A stretch of 64,000 bases of DNA from Heterodontus francisci (Eukaryota). The notes under the pieces were generated by a model, which worked only from the letters and a program-made list of their open reading frames with translations, was not told where the DNA came from and searched no databases. Where the stretch lies: assembly GCF_036365525.1 (NCBI RefSeq), contig NC_090378.1, positions 120,141,593 through 120,205,592 of the forward strand, in the 5' to 3' direction. The stretch's first letter is position 1. Each line of letters opens with the position of its first letter. Below are positions 43,390-58,400 of this stretch, in pieces. Made by a program: the position numbers and the translations under genes.

Positions 43390-46300
43390 TCCATTATTAT
43401 ATATTATATATAACTGTGGGATGTGTCAGTGCAGGAGGTGGGACTGTGTGTCCATTATTATATATTATATATAACTGTGGGATGTGTCAGTGCAGGAGGT
43501 GGGACTGTGTGTCCATTATTATATATTATTTTTTACTGTGGGATGTTTCAGTACAGGAGGTGGGAATGTGTATCCATTATTATATATTATGTATAACTGT
43601 GGGATGTGTCAGTACAGGAGGTGGGACTGTGTGTCCATTATTGTATATTTTATATAACTGTGGGATGTGTCAGTACAGGAGGTGGGACTGTGTGTCCATT
43701 ATTATATATTATATATAACTGTGGGATGTGTCAGTGCAGGAGGTGGGACTGTGTATCCATTATTATATATTATATATAACTGTGGGACGTGTCAGTACAG
43801 GAATTGGGAATGTGTATCCATTATTATATATGATATATAAGTGTGGGACGTGTCAGTACAGGAAGTGGGAATGTGTGTCCATTATTATATATTATTCTTT
43901 ACTGAGGGATGTGTCAGTACAGGAGGTGGGACTGTGTATCCATTATTATATTTTATATATTACTGTGGGATGTGTCAGTGCAGGAGGTGGGAATGTGTAT
44001 CCATTATTATATATTATATATAACTGTGGGATGTGTCAGTGCAGGAGGTGGGACTGTGTATCCATTATTATATATTATATATAACTGTGGGATGTACCAG
44101 TGCAGGAGGTGGGACTGTGTGTCCATTATTATATATTATTTTTTACTGTGGGACGTGTCAGTCCACGAGGTGGGAATGTGTATCCATTATTATATATTAT
44201 ATATAACTGTGGGATGTGTCAGTACAGGAGGTGGGACTGTGTGTCCATTATTATATATTATATATAACTGTGGGATGTGTCAGTGCAGGAGGTGGGACTG
44301 TGTATCCATTATTATATATTATATATAACTGTGGGACGTGTCAGTACAGGAATTGGGAATGTGTATCCATTATTATATATGATATATAAGTGTGGGACGT
44401 GTCAGTACAGGAAGTGGGACTGTGTATCCATTATTATATATTATATATAACTGTGGGATGTACCAGTGCAGGAGGTGGGACTGTGTGTCCATTATTATAT
44501 ATTATTTTTTACTGTGGGACGTGTCAGTCCACGAGGTGGGAATGTGTATCCATTATTATATATTATATATAACTGTGGGATGTGTCAGTGCAGGAGGTGG
44601 GACTGTGTGTCCATTATTATATATTAAAAATAACTGTGGGATGTGTCAGTGCAGGAGGTGGGACTGTGTGTCCATTATTATATATTATATATAACTGTGG
44701 GATGTTTCAGTACAGGAGGTGGGAATGTGTATCCATTATTATATATTATGTATAACTGTGGGATGTGTCAGTACAGGAGGTGGGACTGTGTGTCCATTAT
44801 TGTATATTTTATGTAACTGTGGGATGTGTCAGTACAGGAGGTGGGACTGTGTGTCCATTATTATATATTATATATAACTGTGGGACGTGTCAGTACAGGA
44901 AGTGGAACTGTGTGTCCATTATTATATATTATATATAACTGTGGGATGTGTCAGTGAAGGAGGTGGGAATGTGTGCCCATTATTATATATTATATATAAC
45001 TGTGGGATGTGTCAGTACAGGAGGTGGGACTGTGTGTCCATTATTGTATATTTTATATAACTGTGAGATGTGTCAGTACAGGAGGTGGGACTGTGTTTCC
45101 ATTATTATATATTATATATAACTGTGGGATGTGTCAGTACAGGAGGTGGGACTGTGTGTCCATTATTGTATATTTTATATAACTGTGAGATGTGTCAGTA
45201 CAGGAGGTGGGACTGTGTGTCCATTATTATATATTATATAAAACTGTGGGTTGTGTCAGTGCAGGAGGTGGGACTGTGTTTCCATTATGATATATTATAT
45301 ATAACTGTGGGACGTGTCAGGACAGGAGGTGGGACTGTGTGTCAATTATTATATATTATTTTTTACTGTGGGATGTTTCAGTACAGGAGGTGGGAATGTG
45401 TATCCATTATTATATATTATATATAACTGTGGGATGTGTCAGTGCAAGAGGAGGGACTGTGTGTCCATTATTATATATTATTTTTCACTGTGGGATGTTT
45501 CAGTACAGGAGGTGGGAATGTGTATCCATTATTATTTATTATATATAACTGTGGGATGTGTCAGTGCAGGAAGTGGGAATATGTATCCATTATTAGATAT
45601 TATATATAACTGTGGGAAGTGTCAGTACAGGAGGTGGGACTGTGGGTCCATTCTTGTATATTTTATATAACTGTGAGATGTGTCACGACAGGAGGTGGGA
45701 ATGTGTGCCCATTATTATATATTATATATAACTGTGGGATGTGTCAGTACAGGAGGTGGGACTGTGTGTCCATTATTATATATTATATATAACTGTGGGA
45801 CGTGTCAGTACAGGAAGAGGAACTGTGTGTCCATTATTATATATTATATATAACTGTGGGATGTGTCAGTGAAGGAGGTGGGAATGTGTGCCCATTATTA
45901 TATATTATATATAACTGTGGGATGTGTCAGTACAGGAGGTGGGACTGTGTGTCCATTATTGTATATTTTATATAACTGTGAGATGTGTCAGTACAGGAGG
46001 TGGGACTGTGTTTCCATTATGATATATTATATATAACTGTGGGTTGTGTCAGTACAGGAGGTGGGACTGTGTGTCCATTATTGTATATTATATATAACTG
46101 TGGGACGTGTCAGTACAGGAAGTGGGAATGTGTGTCCATTGTTATATATTATTTTACACTGTGGGATGTTTCAGTTCAGGAGGTGGGAATGTGTATCCAT
46201 TATTATATATTATATATAACTGTGGGATGTGTCAGTGCAGGAAGTGGGAATATGTATCCATTATTACATATTATATATAACTGTGGGACGTGTCAGTGCA

Positions 46301-49300
46301 GGAAGTAGGAATGTGTATCCATTATTATATATTATATATAACTGTGGGATATGTCAGTGCAGGAGGTGGGACTGTGTATCCATTATTATATATTATATAT
46401 AACTGTGGGACGTGTCAGTACAGGAATTGGGAATGTGTATCCATTATTATATATTATATATAAGTGTGGGACGTGTCAGTACAGGAAGTGGGAATGTGTG
46501 TCCATTATTATATATTATTCTTTACTGAGGGATGTGTCAGTACAGGAGGTGGGACTGTGTATCCATTATTATATTTTATATATTACTGTGGGATGTGTCA
46601 GTGCAGGAGGTGGGAATGTGTATCCATTATTATATATTATATATAACTGTGGGATGTGTCAGTGCAGGAGGTGGGACTGTGTATCCATTATTATATATTA
46701 TATATAACTGTGGGATGTACCAGTGCAGGAGGTGGGACTGTGTGTCCATTATTATATATTATTTTTTACTGTGGGACGTGTCAGTCCACGAGGTGGGAAT
46801 GTGTATCCATTATTATATATTATATATAACTGTGGGATGTGTCAGTGCAGGAGGTGGGACTGTGTGTCCATTATTATATATTATATATAACTGTGGGATG
46901 TGTCAGTACAGGAGGTGGGACTGTGTGTCCATTCTTGTATATTTTATATAACTGTGAGATGTGTCACTACAGGAGGTGGGACTGTGTGTCCATTATTATA
47001 TATTATGTATAACTGTGGGACGTGTCAGTACAGGAGGTGGGACTGTGTGTCCATTATTGTATATTTTATATAACTGTGAGATGTGTGAGTACAGGAGGTG
47101 GGACTGTGTGTCCATTATTATATATTATATATAACTGTGGGATGTGTCAGTACAGGAAGTGGGAATGTGTATCCATTATTATATATTATATATAACTGTG
47201 GGACGTGTCAGTACAGGAAGTGGGAATGTGTGTCCATTATTACATATTATATATAACTGTGGGATGTGTCAGTGCAGGAGGTGGGAATGTGTATCCATTA
47301 TTATATTTTATATATAACTGTGGGATGTGTCAGTACAGGAGGTGGGACTGTGTGTCCATTATTATATATTATTTTTTACTGTGGGACGTGTCAGTACAGG
47401 AGGTGGGATTGTGTATCCATTATTATATATTATTTTTTACTGTGGGACGTGTCAGTACAGGAGGTGGGACTGTGTATCCATTATTATATATTATTTTTTA
47501 CTGTGGGACGTGTCAGTCCAGGAAGTGGGAATGTGTATCCATTATTATATATTATTTTTTACTGTGGGACGTGTCAGTACAGGAGGTGGGATTGTGTATC
47601 CATTATTATATATTATTTTTTACTGTGGGACGTGTCAGTACAGGAGGTGGGATTGTGTATCCATTATTATATATTATTTTTTACTGTGGGACGTGTCAGT
47701 ACAGGAGGTGGGACTGTGTATCCATTATTATATATTATTTTTTACTGTGGGATGTGTCAGTACAGGAGGTGGGACTGTGTGTCCATTATTATATATTATA
47801 TATAACTGTGGGATGTGTCAGTCCAGGAGGTGAGACTGTGTGTCCATTATTATATATTATATATATCTGTGGGACATGTCAGTACAGGAGGTGGGACTGT
47901 GTGTCCATTATTATATATTATATATAACTGTGGGATGTGTCAGTGCAGGAGGTGGGAATGTGTGTCCATTATAATATATTATTTTTTACTGTGGGATGTG
48001 TCAGTGCAGGAGGTGGGACTGTGCGTCCATTATTATATATTATTTTTAACTGAGGGATGTGTCAGTGCAGGAGGTGGGACTGTGTGTTCATTATTATTTA
48101 TTATATATAACTGTGGGATGTGTCAGTACAGGAGGTGGGACTGTGTATCCATTATTATATATTATATATAACTGTGGGATGTGTCAGTGCAGGAGGTGGG
48201 AATGTGTGTCCATTATAATATATTATTTTTTACTGTGGGATGAGTCGGTGCAGGAGGTGGGATTGTGTATCCATTATTATATATTATTTTTAACTGAGGG
48301 ATGTGTCAGTACAGGAGGTGGGAATGTGTATCCATTATTATATATTATATATAACTGTGGGATGTGTCGGTGCAGGAGGTGGGATTGTGTATCCATTATT
48401 ATATATTATTTTTAACTGAGGGATGTGTCAGTACAGGAGGTGGGAATGTGTATCCATTATTATATATTATATATAACTGTGGGATGTGTCAGTACAGGAG
48501 GTGGGACTGTGTGTCCATTATTGTATATTTTATATAACTGTGAGATGTGTCAGTACAGGAGGTGGGACTGTGTATCCATTATTATATATTATATATAACT
48601 GTGGGATGTGTCAGTACAGGAGGTGGGACTGTGTGTCCATTATTATATATTATATATAACTGTGGGATGTGTCAGTGCAGGAGGTGGGAATGTGTGTCCA
48701 TTATAATATATTATTTTTTACTGTGGGATGTGTCGGTGCAGGAGGTGGGACTGTGTATCCATTATTATATATTATTTTTTACTGTGGGACGTGTCAGTCC
48801 AGGAGGTGGGACTGTGTGTCCATTATTATATATTATATATAACTGTGGGATGTGTCAGTGCAGGAGGTGGGAATGTGTGTCCATTATAATATATTATTTT
48901 TTACTGTGGGATGTGTCGGTGCAGGAGGTGGGATTGTGTATCCATTATTATATATTATTTTTAACTGAGGGATGTGTCAGTACAGGAGGTGGGAATGTGT
49001 ATCCATTATTATATATTATTTTTTACTGTGCGACGTGTCTGTACAGGAGGTGGGACTGTGTGTCCATTATTATATTTTATATATAACTGTGGGATGTACC
49101 AGTGCAGGAGGTGGGACTGTGTGTCCATTATTATATATTATATATAACTGTGGGATGTGTCAGTACAGGAGGTGGGAATGTGTATCCATTATTATATATT
49201 ATTTTTTACTGTGCGACGTGTCTGTACAGGAGGTGGGACTGTGTGTCCATTATTATATTTTATATATTACTGTGGGATGTGTCAGTGCAGGAGGTGGGAC

Positions 49301-50720
49301 TGTGTATCCATTATTATATATTATATATAACTGTGGGATGTACCAGTGCAGGAGGTGGGACTGTGTGTCCATTATTATATATTATTTTTTACTGTGGGAC
49401 GTGTCAGTCCACGAGGTGGGAATGTGTATCCATTATTATATATTATATATAACTGTGGGATGTGTCAGTGCAGGAGGTGGGACTGTGTGTCCATTATAAT
49501 ATATTATTTTTTACTGTGGGATGTGTCGGTGCAGGAGGTGGGACTGTGTATCCATTATTATATATTATTTTTAACTGTGGGATGTGTCAGTACAGGAGGT
49601 GGGACTGTGTATCCATTATTATATATTATTTTTAACTGTGGGATGTGTCAGTACAGGAGGTGGGACTGTGTATCCATTATTATATATTATTTTTTACTGT
49701 GGGATGTGTCGGTGCAGGAGGTGGGAATGTGTATCCATTATTATATATTATATATAACTGTGGGATGTGTCGGTGCAGGAGGTGGGAATGTGTATCCATT
49801 ATTATATATTATATATAACTGTGGGATGTGTCAGTACAGGAGGTGGGACTGTGTATCCATTATTATATATTATTTTTAACTGAGGGATGTGTCAGTGCAG
49901 GAGGTGGGACTGTGTATCCATTATTATATATTATTTTTAACTGTGGGATGTGTCAGTACAGGAGGTGGGAATGTGTATCCATTATTATATATTATATATA
50001 ACTGTGGGATGTGTCGGTGCAGGAGGTGGGAATGTGTATCCATTATTATATATTATATATAACTGTGGGATGTGTCAGTACAGGAGGTGGGAATGTGTAT
50101 CCATTATTATATATTATTTTTTACTGTGCGACGTGTCTGTACAGGAGGTGGGACTGTGTGTCCATTATTATATATTATATATAACTGTGGGATGTGTCGG
50201 TGCAGGAGGTGGGAATGTGTATCCATTATTATATATTATATATAACTGTGGGATGTGTCAGTACAGGAGGTGGGAATGTGTATCCATTATTATATATTAT
50301 ATATAACTGTGGGATGTGTCAGTGCAGGAGGTGGGACTGTGTATCCATTATTATATATTATATATAACTGTGGGATGTACCAGTGCAGGAGGTGGGACTG
50401 TGTGTCCATTATTATATATTATTTTTTACTGTGGGACGTGTCAGTCCACGAGGTGGGAATGTGTATCCATTATTATATATTATATATAACTGTGGGATGT
50501 GTCAGTGCAGGAGGTGGGAATGTGTGCCCATTATTATATATTATATATAACTGTGGGATGCGTCAGTACAGGAGGTGGGACTGTGGGTCCATTCTTGTAT
50601 ATTTTATATAACTGTGAGATGTGTCACGACAGGAGGTGGGACTGTGTGTCCATTATTATATATTATGTATAACTGTGGGATGTGTCAGTACAGGAGGTGG
50701 GACTGTGTGTGCATTATTGT

Positions 50721-51117
50721 TTCTTTTGGGCCTCCTTATCTCGAGAGACAATGGATACGCGCCTGGAGGTGGTCAGTGGTTTGTGAAGCAGCGCCTGGAG
50801 TGGCTATAAAGGCCAATTCTGGAGTGACAGGCTCTTCCACAGGTGCTGCAGAGAAATTTGTTTGTTGGGGCTGTTGCACAGTTGGCTCTCCCCTTGCGCC
50901 TCTGTCTTTTTTCCTGCCAACTACTAAGTCTCTTCGACTCGCCACAATTTAGCCCTGTCTTTATGGCTGCCCGCCAGCTCTGGCGAATGCTAGCAACTGA
51001 CTCCCACGACTTGTGATCAATGTCACACGATTTCATGTCGCGTTTGCAGACGTCTTTATAACGGAGACATGGACGGCCGGTGGGTCTGATACCAGTGGCG
51101 AGCTCGCTGTACAATGT
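50721..51117 (-). mobile_element. 5'-truncated RTE LINE copy (397 bp; 3' end of ORF plus 3' UTR), inverted relative to the full copy
   Basis: Reverse complement of about 29178-29573. I see one substitution by eye (GCC>GCT, synonymous, 29303 vs 50992). TSD CATTATTGT at 50712-50720 and 51119-51127; TGT microhomology at the 5' junction. Confidence 0.95.
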
Positions 51118-54100
51118 CCATTATTGTATATTTTATATAACTGTGGGATGTGTCAGTACAGGAGGTGGGACTGTGTGTCCATTATTATATATTATATATA
51201 ACTGTGGGACGTGTCAGTACAGGAAGTGGAACTGTGTGTCCATTATTATATATTATATATAACTGTGGGATGTGTCAGTACAGGAGGTGGGACTGTGTGT
51301 CCATTATTGTATATTTTATATAACTGTGAGATGTGTCAGTACAGGAGGTGGGACTGTGTGTCCATTATTATATATTATATAAAACTGTGGGTTGTGTCAG
51401 TGCAGGAGGTGGGACTGTGTTTCCATTATGATATATTATATATAACTGTGGGTTGTGTCAGTACAGGAGGTGGGACTGTGTGTCCATTATTATATATTTT
51501 ATATAACTGTGAGAGGTGTCAGTACAGGAGGTGGGACTGTGTGTCCATTATTATATATTATATAAAACTGTGGGTTGTGTCAGTTCAGGAGGTGGGACTG
51601 TGTTTCCATTATGGTATATTATATATAACTGTGGGTTGTGTCAGTACAGGAGGTGGGACTGTGTGTCCATTATTGTATAGTATATATAACTGTGGGACGT
51701 GTCAGTACAGGAAGTGGGAATGTGTGTCCATTGTTATATATTATTTTACACTGTGGGATGTTTCAGTTCAGGAGGTGGGAATGTGTATCCATTATTATAT
51801 ATTATATATAACTGTGGGATGTGTCAGTGCAGGAAGTGGGAATGTGTATCCATTATTACATATTATATATAACTGTGGGACGTGTCAGTGCAGGAAGTAG
51901 GAATGTGTATCCATTATTATATATTATATATAACTGTGGGATGTGTCAGTGCAGGAGGTGGGACTGTGTATCCATTATTATATATTATATATAACTGTGG
52001 GACGTGTCAGTACAGGAATTGGGAATGTGTATCCATTATTATATATTATATATAAGTGTGGGACGTGTCAGTACAGGAAGTGGGAATGTGTGTCCATTAT
52101 TATATATTATTCTTTACTGAGGGATGTGTCAGTACAGGAGGTGGGACTGTGTATCCATTATCATATTTTATATATTACTGTGGGATGTGTCAGTGCAGGA
52201 GGTGGGAATGTGTATCCATTATTATATATTATATATAACTGTGGGACGTGTCAGTGCAGGAGGTGGGACTGTGTATCCATTATTATATATTATATATAAC
52301 TGTGGGATGTACCAGTGCAGGAGGTGGGACTGTGTGTCCATTATTATATATTATTTTTTACTGTGGGACGTTTCAGTCCACGAGGTGGGAATGTGTATCC
52401 ATTATTATATATTATATATAACTGTGGGATGTGTCAGTGCAGGAGGTGGGACTGTGTATCCATTATTATATATTATATATACCTGTGGGATGTACCAGTG
52501 CAGGAGGTGGGACTGTGTGTCCATTATTATATATTATTTTTTACTGTGGGACGTTTCAGTCCACGAGGTGGGAATGTGTATCCATTATTATATATTATAT
52601 ATAACTGTGGGATGTGTCAGTACAGGAGGTGGGACTGTGTGTCCATTATTATATATTATATATAACTGTGGGATGTGTCAGTGCAGGAGGTGGGAATGTG
52701 TGTCCATTATTATATATTATATATAACTGTGAGATGTGTCAGTACAGGAGGTGGGACTGTGTGTCCATTATTATATATTATATATAACTGTGAGATGTGT
52801 CAGTACAGGCGGTGGGACTGTGTGTCCATTATTATATATTATATATAACTGTGAGATGTGTCAGTACAGGCGGTGGGACTGTGTGTCCATTATTATATAT
52901 TATATATAACTGTGGGATGTGTCAGTGCAGGAGGTGGGAATGTGTGCCCATTATTATATATTATATATAACTGTGGGATGTGTCAGTACAGGAGGTGGGA
53001 CTGTGTGTCCATTATTATATATTATATATAACTGTGAGATGTGTCAGTACAGGCGGTGGGACTGTGTGTCCATTATTATATATTATATATAACTGTGGGA
53101 TGTGTCAGTGCAGGAGGTGGGAATGTGTGTCCATTATTATATATTATATATAACTGTGGGACGTGTCAGTACAGGAGGTGGGACCGTGTGTCCATTATTA
53201 TATATTATATATAACTGTGGAACGTTTCAGTACAGGAGGTGGGACTGTGAGTCCATTATTTTTTATTATATATATCTGTGGGATGTGTCAGTACAGGTGG
53301 TGGGACTGTGTGCCCATTATTATATATTATATATAACTGTGGGATGTGTCAGTGCAGGAGGTGGGACTGTGTGTCCATTATTATATATTATATGTAACTG
53401 TGGGACATGTCAGTACAGGAGGTGGGACTGTGTGTCCATTATTATATATTATATATAACTGTGGGATGTGTCAGTCCACGAGGTGGGAATGTGTATCCAT
53501 TATTATATATTATATATAACTGTGGGATGTGTCAGTACAGGAGGTGGGACTGTGTGTCCATTATTATATATTATATATAACTGTGGGATGTGTCAGTGCA
53601 GGAGGTGGGACTGTGTGTCCATTATTATATATTATATATAACTGTGGGATGTGTCAGTACAGGAGGTGGGACTGTGTGTCCATTCTTGTATATTTTATAT
53701 AACTGTGAGATGTGTCACTACAGCAGGTGGGACTGTGTGTCCATTATTATATATTATGTATAACTGTGGGACGTGTCAGTACAGGAGGTGGGACTGTGTG
53801 TCCATTATTGTATATTTTATATAACTGTGAGATGTGTGAGTACAGGAGGTGGGACTGTGTGTCCATTATTATATATTATATATAACTGTGGGACGTGTCA
53901 GTACAGGAAGTGGAACTGTGTGTCCATTATTATATATTATATATAACTGTGGGATGTGTCAGTACAGGAGGTGGGACTGTGTGTCCATTATTGTATATTT
54001 TATATAACTGTGAGATGTGTCAGTACAGGAGGTGGGACTGTGTGTCCATTATTATATATTATATAAAACTGTGGGTTGTGTCAGTGCAGGAGGTGGGACT

Positions 54101-55031
54101 GTGTTTCCATTATGATATATTATATATAACTGTGGGTTGTGTCAGTACAGGAGGTGGGACTGTGTGTCCATTATTATATATTTTATATAACTGTGAGATG
54201 TGTCAGTACAGGAGGTGGGACTGTGTGTCCATTATTATATATTATATAAAACTGTGGGTTGTGTCAGTTCAGGAGGTGGGACTGTGTTTCCTTTATGATA
54301 TATTATATATAACTGTGGGTTGTGTCAGTACAGGAGGTGGGACTGTGTGTCCATTATTGTATATTATATATAACTGTGGGACGTGTCAGTACAGGAAGTG
54401 GGAATGTGCGTCCATTGTTATATATTATTTTACACTGTGGGATGTTTCAGTTCAGGAGGTGGGAATGTGTATCCATTATTATATATTATATATAACTGTG
54501 GGACGTGTCAGTACAGGAAGTGGGAATGTGTATCCATTATTACATATTATATATAACTGTGGGACGTGTCAGTGCAGGAAGTGGGAATGTGTATCCATTA
54601 TTATATATTATATATAACTGTGGGATGTGTCAGTGCAGGAGGTGGGACTGTGTGTCCATTATTATATATTATATATAACTGTGGGATGTGTCAGTGCAGG
54701 AGGTGGGACTGTGTATCCATTATTATATATTATATATAACTGTGGGACGTGTCAGTACAGGAAGTGGGAATGTGTGTCCATTATTATATATTATTCTTTA
54801 CTGAGGGATGTGTCAGTACAGGAGGTGGGACTGTGTATCCATTATTATATTTTATATATTACTGTGGGATGTGTCGGTACAGGAGGTGGGACTGTGTATC
54901 CATTATTATATTTTATATATTACTGTGGGATGTGTCGGTGCAGGAGGTGGGACTGTGTGTCCATTATTATATATTATATATAACTGTGGGATGTGTCAGT
55001 ACAGGAGGTGGGACTGTGTGTGCATTATTGT

Positions 55032-55428
55032 TTCTTTTGGGCCTCCTTATCTCGAGAGACAATGGATACGCGCCTGGAGGTGGTCAGTGGTTTGTGAAGC
55101 AGCGCCTGGAGTGGCTATAAAGGCCAATTCTGGAGTGACAGGCTCTTCCACAGGTGCTGCAGAGAAATTTGTTTGTTGGGGCTGTTGCACAGTTGGCTCT
55201 CCCCTTGCGCCTCTGTCTTTTTTCCTGCCAACTACTAAGTCTCTTCGACTCGCCACAATTTAGCCCTGTCTTTATGGCTGCCCGCCAGCTCTGGCGAATG
55301 CTAGCAACTGACTCCCACGACTTGTGATCAATGTCACACGATTTCATGTCGCGTTTGCAGACGTCTTTATAACGGAGACATGGACGGCCGGTGGGTCTGA
55401 TACCAGTGGCGAGCTCGCTGTACAATGT
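55032..55428 (-). mobile_element. Second copy of the same 5'-truncated RTE insertion, produced by array duplication
   Basis: Identical truncation point, junctions, flanking G variant (GTGCATTATTGT) and GCT variant as 50721-51117; offset 4311 bp. Confidence 0.95.
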
Positions 55429-58400
55429 CCATTATTGTATATTTTATATAACTGTGGGATGTGTCAGTACAGGAGGTGGGACTGTGTGTCCATTATTATA
55501 TATTATATATAACTGTGGGACGTGTCAGTACAGGAAGTGGAACTGTGTGTCCATTATTATATATTATATATAACTGTGGGATGTGTCAGTACAGGAGGTG
55601 GGACTGTGTGTCCATTATTGTATATTTTATATAACTGTGAGATGTGTCAGTACAGGAGGTGGGACTGTGTGTCCATTATTATATATTATATAAAACTGTG
55701 GGTTGTGTCAGTGCAGGAGGTGGGACTGTGTTTCCATTATGATATATTATATATAACTGTGGGTTGTGTCAGTACAGGAGGTGGGACTGTGTGTCCATTA
55801 TTATATATTTTATATAACTGTGAGAGGTGTCAGTACAGGAGGTGGGACTGTGTGTCCATTATTATATATTATATAAAACTGTGGGTTGTGTCAGTTCAGG
55901 AGGTGGGACTGTGTTTCCATTATGGTATATTATATATAACTGTGGGTTGTGTCAGTACAGGAGGTGGGACTGTGTGTCCATTATTGTATAGTATATATAA
56001 CTGTGGGACGTGTCAGTACAGGAAGTGGGAATGTGTGTCCATTGTTATATATTATTTTACACTGTGGGATGTTTCAGTTCAGGAGGTGGGAATGTGTATC
56101 CATTATTATATATTATATATAACTGTGGGATGTGTCAGTGCAGGAAGTGGGAATGTGTATCCATTATTACATATTATATATAACTGTGGGACGTGTCAGT
56201 GCAGGAAGTAGGAATGTGTATCCATTATTATATATTATATATAACTGTGGGATGTGTCAGTGCAGGAGGTGGGACTGTGTATCCATTATTATATATTATA
56301 TATAACTGTGGGACGTGTCAGTACAGGAATTGGGAATGTGTATCCATTATTATATATTATATATAAGTGTGGGACGTGTCAGTACAGGAGGTGGGAATGT
56401 GTGTCCATTATTATATATTATACATAACTGTGGGATGTGTCAGTACAGGAAGTGGGAATGTGTGTCCATTATTATATATTATTCTTTACTGAGGGATGTG
56501 TCAGTACAGGAGGTGGGACTGTGTATCCATTATCATATTTTATATATTACTGTGGGATGTGTCAGTGCAGGAGGTGGGAATGTGTATCCATTATTATATA
56601 TTATATATAACTGTGGGACGTGTCAGTGCAGGAGATGGGACTGTGTATCCATTATTATATATTATATATAACTGTGGGATGTACCAGTGCAGGAGGTGGG
56701 ACTGTGTGTCCATTATTATATATTATTTTTTACTGTGGGACGTTTCAGTCCACGAGGTGGGAATGTGTATCCATTATTATATATTATATATAACTGTGGG
56801 ATGTGTCAGTGCAGGAGGTGGGACTGTGTATCCATTATTATATATTATATATAACTGTGGGATGTACCAGTGCAGGAGGTGGGACTGTGTGTCCATTATT
56901 ATATATTATTTTTTACTGTGGGACGTTTCAGTCCACGAGGTGGGAATGTGTATCCATTATTATATATTATATATAACTGTGGGATGTGTCAGTACAGGAG
57001 GTGGGACTGTGTGTCCATTATTATATATTATATATAACTGTGGGATGTGTCAGTGCAGGAGGTGGGAATGTGTGTCCATTATTATATATTATATATAACT
57101 GTGAGATGTGTCAGTACAGGAGGTGGGACTGTGTGTCCATTATTATATATTATATATAACTGTGAGATGTGTCAGTACAGGCGGTGGGACTGTGTGTCCA
57201 TTATTATATATTATATATAACTGTGAGATGTGTCAGTACAGGCGGTGGGACTGTGTGTCCATTATTATATATTATATATAACTGTGGGATGTGTCAGTGC
57301 AGGAGGTGGGAATGTGTGCCCATTATTATATATTATATATAACTGTGGGATGTGTCAGTACAGGAGGTGGGACTGTGTGTCCATTATTATATATTATATA
57401 TAACTGTGAGATGTGTCAGTACAGGCGGTGGGACTGTGTGTCCATTATTATATATTATATATAACTGTGGGATGTGTCAGTGCAGGAGGTGGGAATGTGT
57501 GTCCATTATTATATATTATATATAACTGTGGGACGTGTCAGTACAGGAGGTGGGACCGTGTGTCCATTATTATATATTATATATAACTGTGGAACGTTTC
57601 AGTACAGGAGGTGGGACTGTGAGTCCATTATTTTTTATTATATATATCTGTGGGATGTGTCAGTACAGGTGGTGGGACTGTGTGCCCATTATTATATATT
57701 ATATATAACTGTGGGATGTGTCAGTGCAGGAGGTGGGACTGTGTGTCCATTATTATATATTATATGTAACTGTGGGACATGTCAGTACAGGAGGTGGGAC
57801 TGTGTGTCCATTATTATATATTATATATAACTGTGGGATGTGTCAGTCCACGAGGTGGGAATGTGTATCCATTATTATATATTATATATAACTGTGGGAT
57901 GTGTCAGTACAGGAGGTGGGACTGTGTGTCCATTATTATATATTATATATAACTGTGGGATGTGTCAGTGCAGGAGGTGGGACTGTGTGTCCATTATTAT
58001 ATATTATATATAACTGTGGGATGTGTCAGTACAGGAGGTGGGACTGTGTGTCCATTCTTGTATATTTTATATAACTGTGAGATGTGTCACTACAGCAGGT
58101 GGGACTGTGTGTCCATTATTATATATTATGTATAACTGTGGGACGTGTCAGTACAGGAGGTGGGACTGTGTGTCCATTATTGTATATTTTATATAACTGT
58201 GAGATGTGTGAGTACAGGAGGTGGGACTGTGTGTCCATTATTATATATTATATATAACTGTGGGACGTGTCAGTACAGGAAGTGGAACTGTGTGTCCATT
58301 ATTATATATTATATATAACTGTGGGATGTGTCAGTACAGGAGGTGGGACTGTGTGTCCATTATTGTATATTTTATATAACTGTGAGATGTGTCAGTACAG

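Noticed and set aside
50721-55428. Two independent truncated insertions, or an LTR pair
   Set aside because: Identical junctions and co-duplicated flanking monomers indicate one insertion copied by tandem duplication; the sequence is a LINE 3' end, not an LTR.
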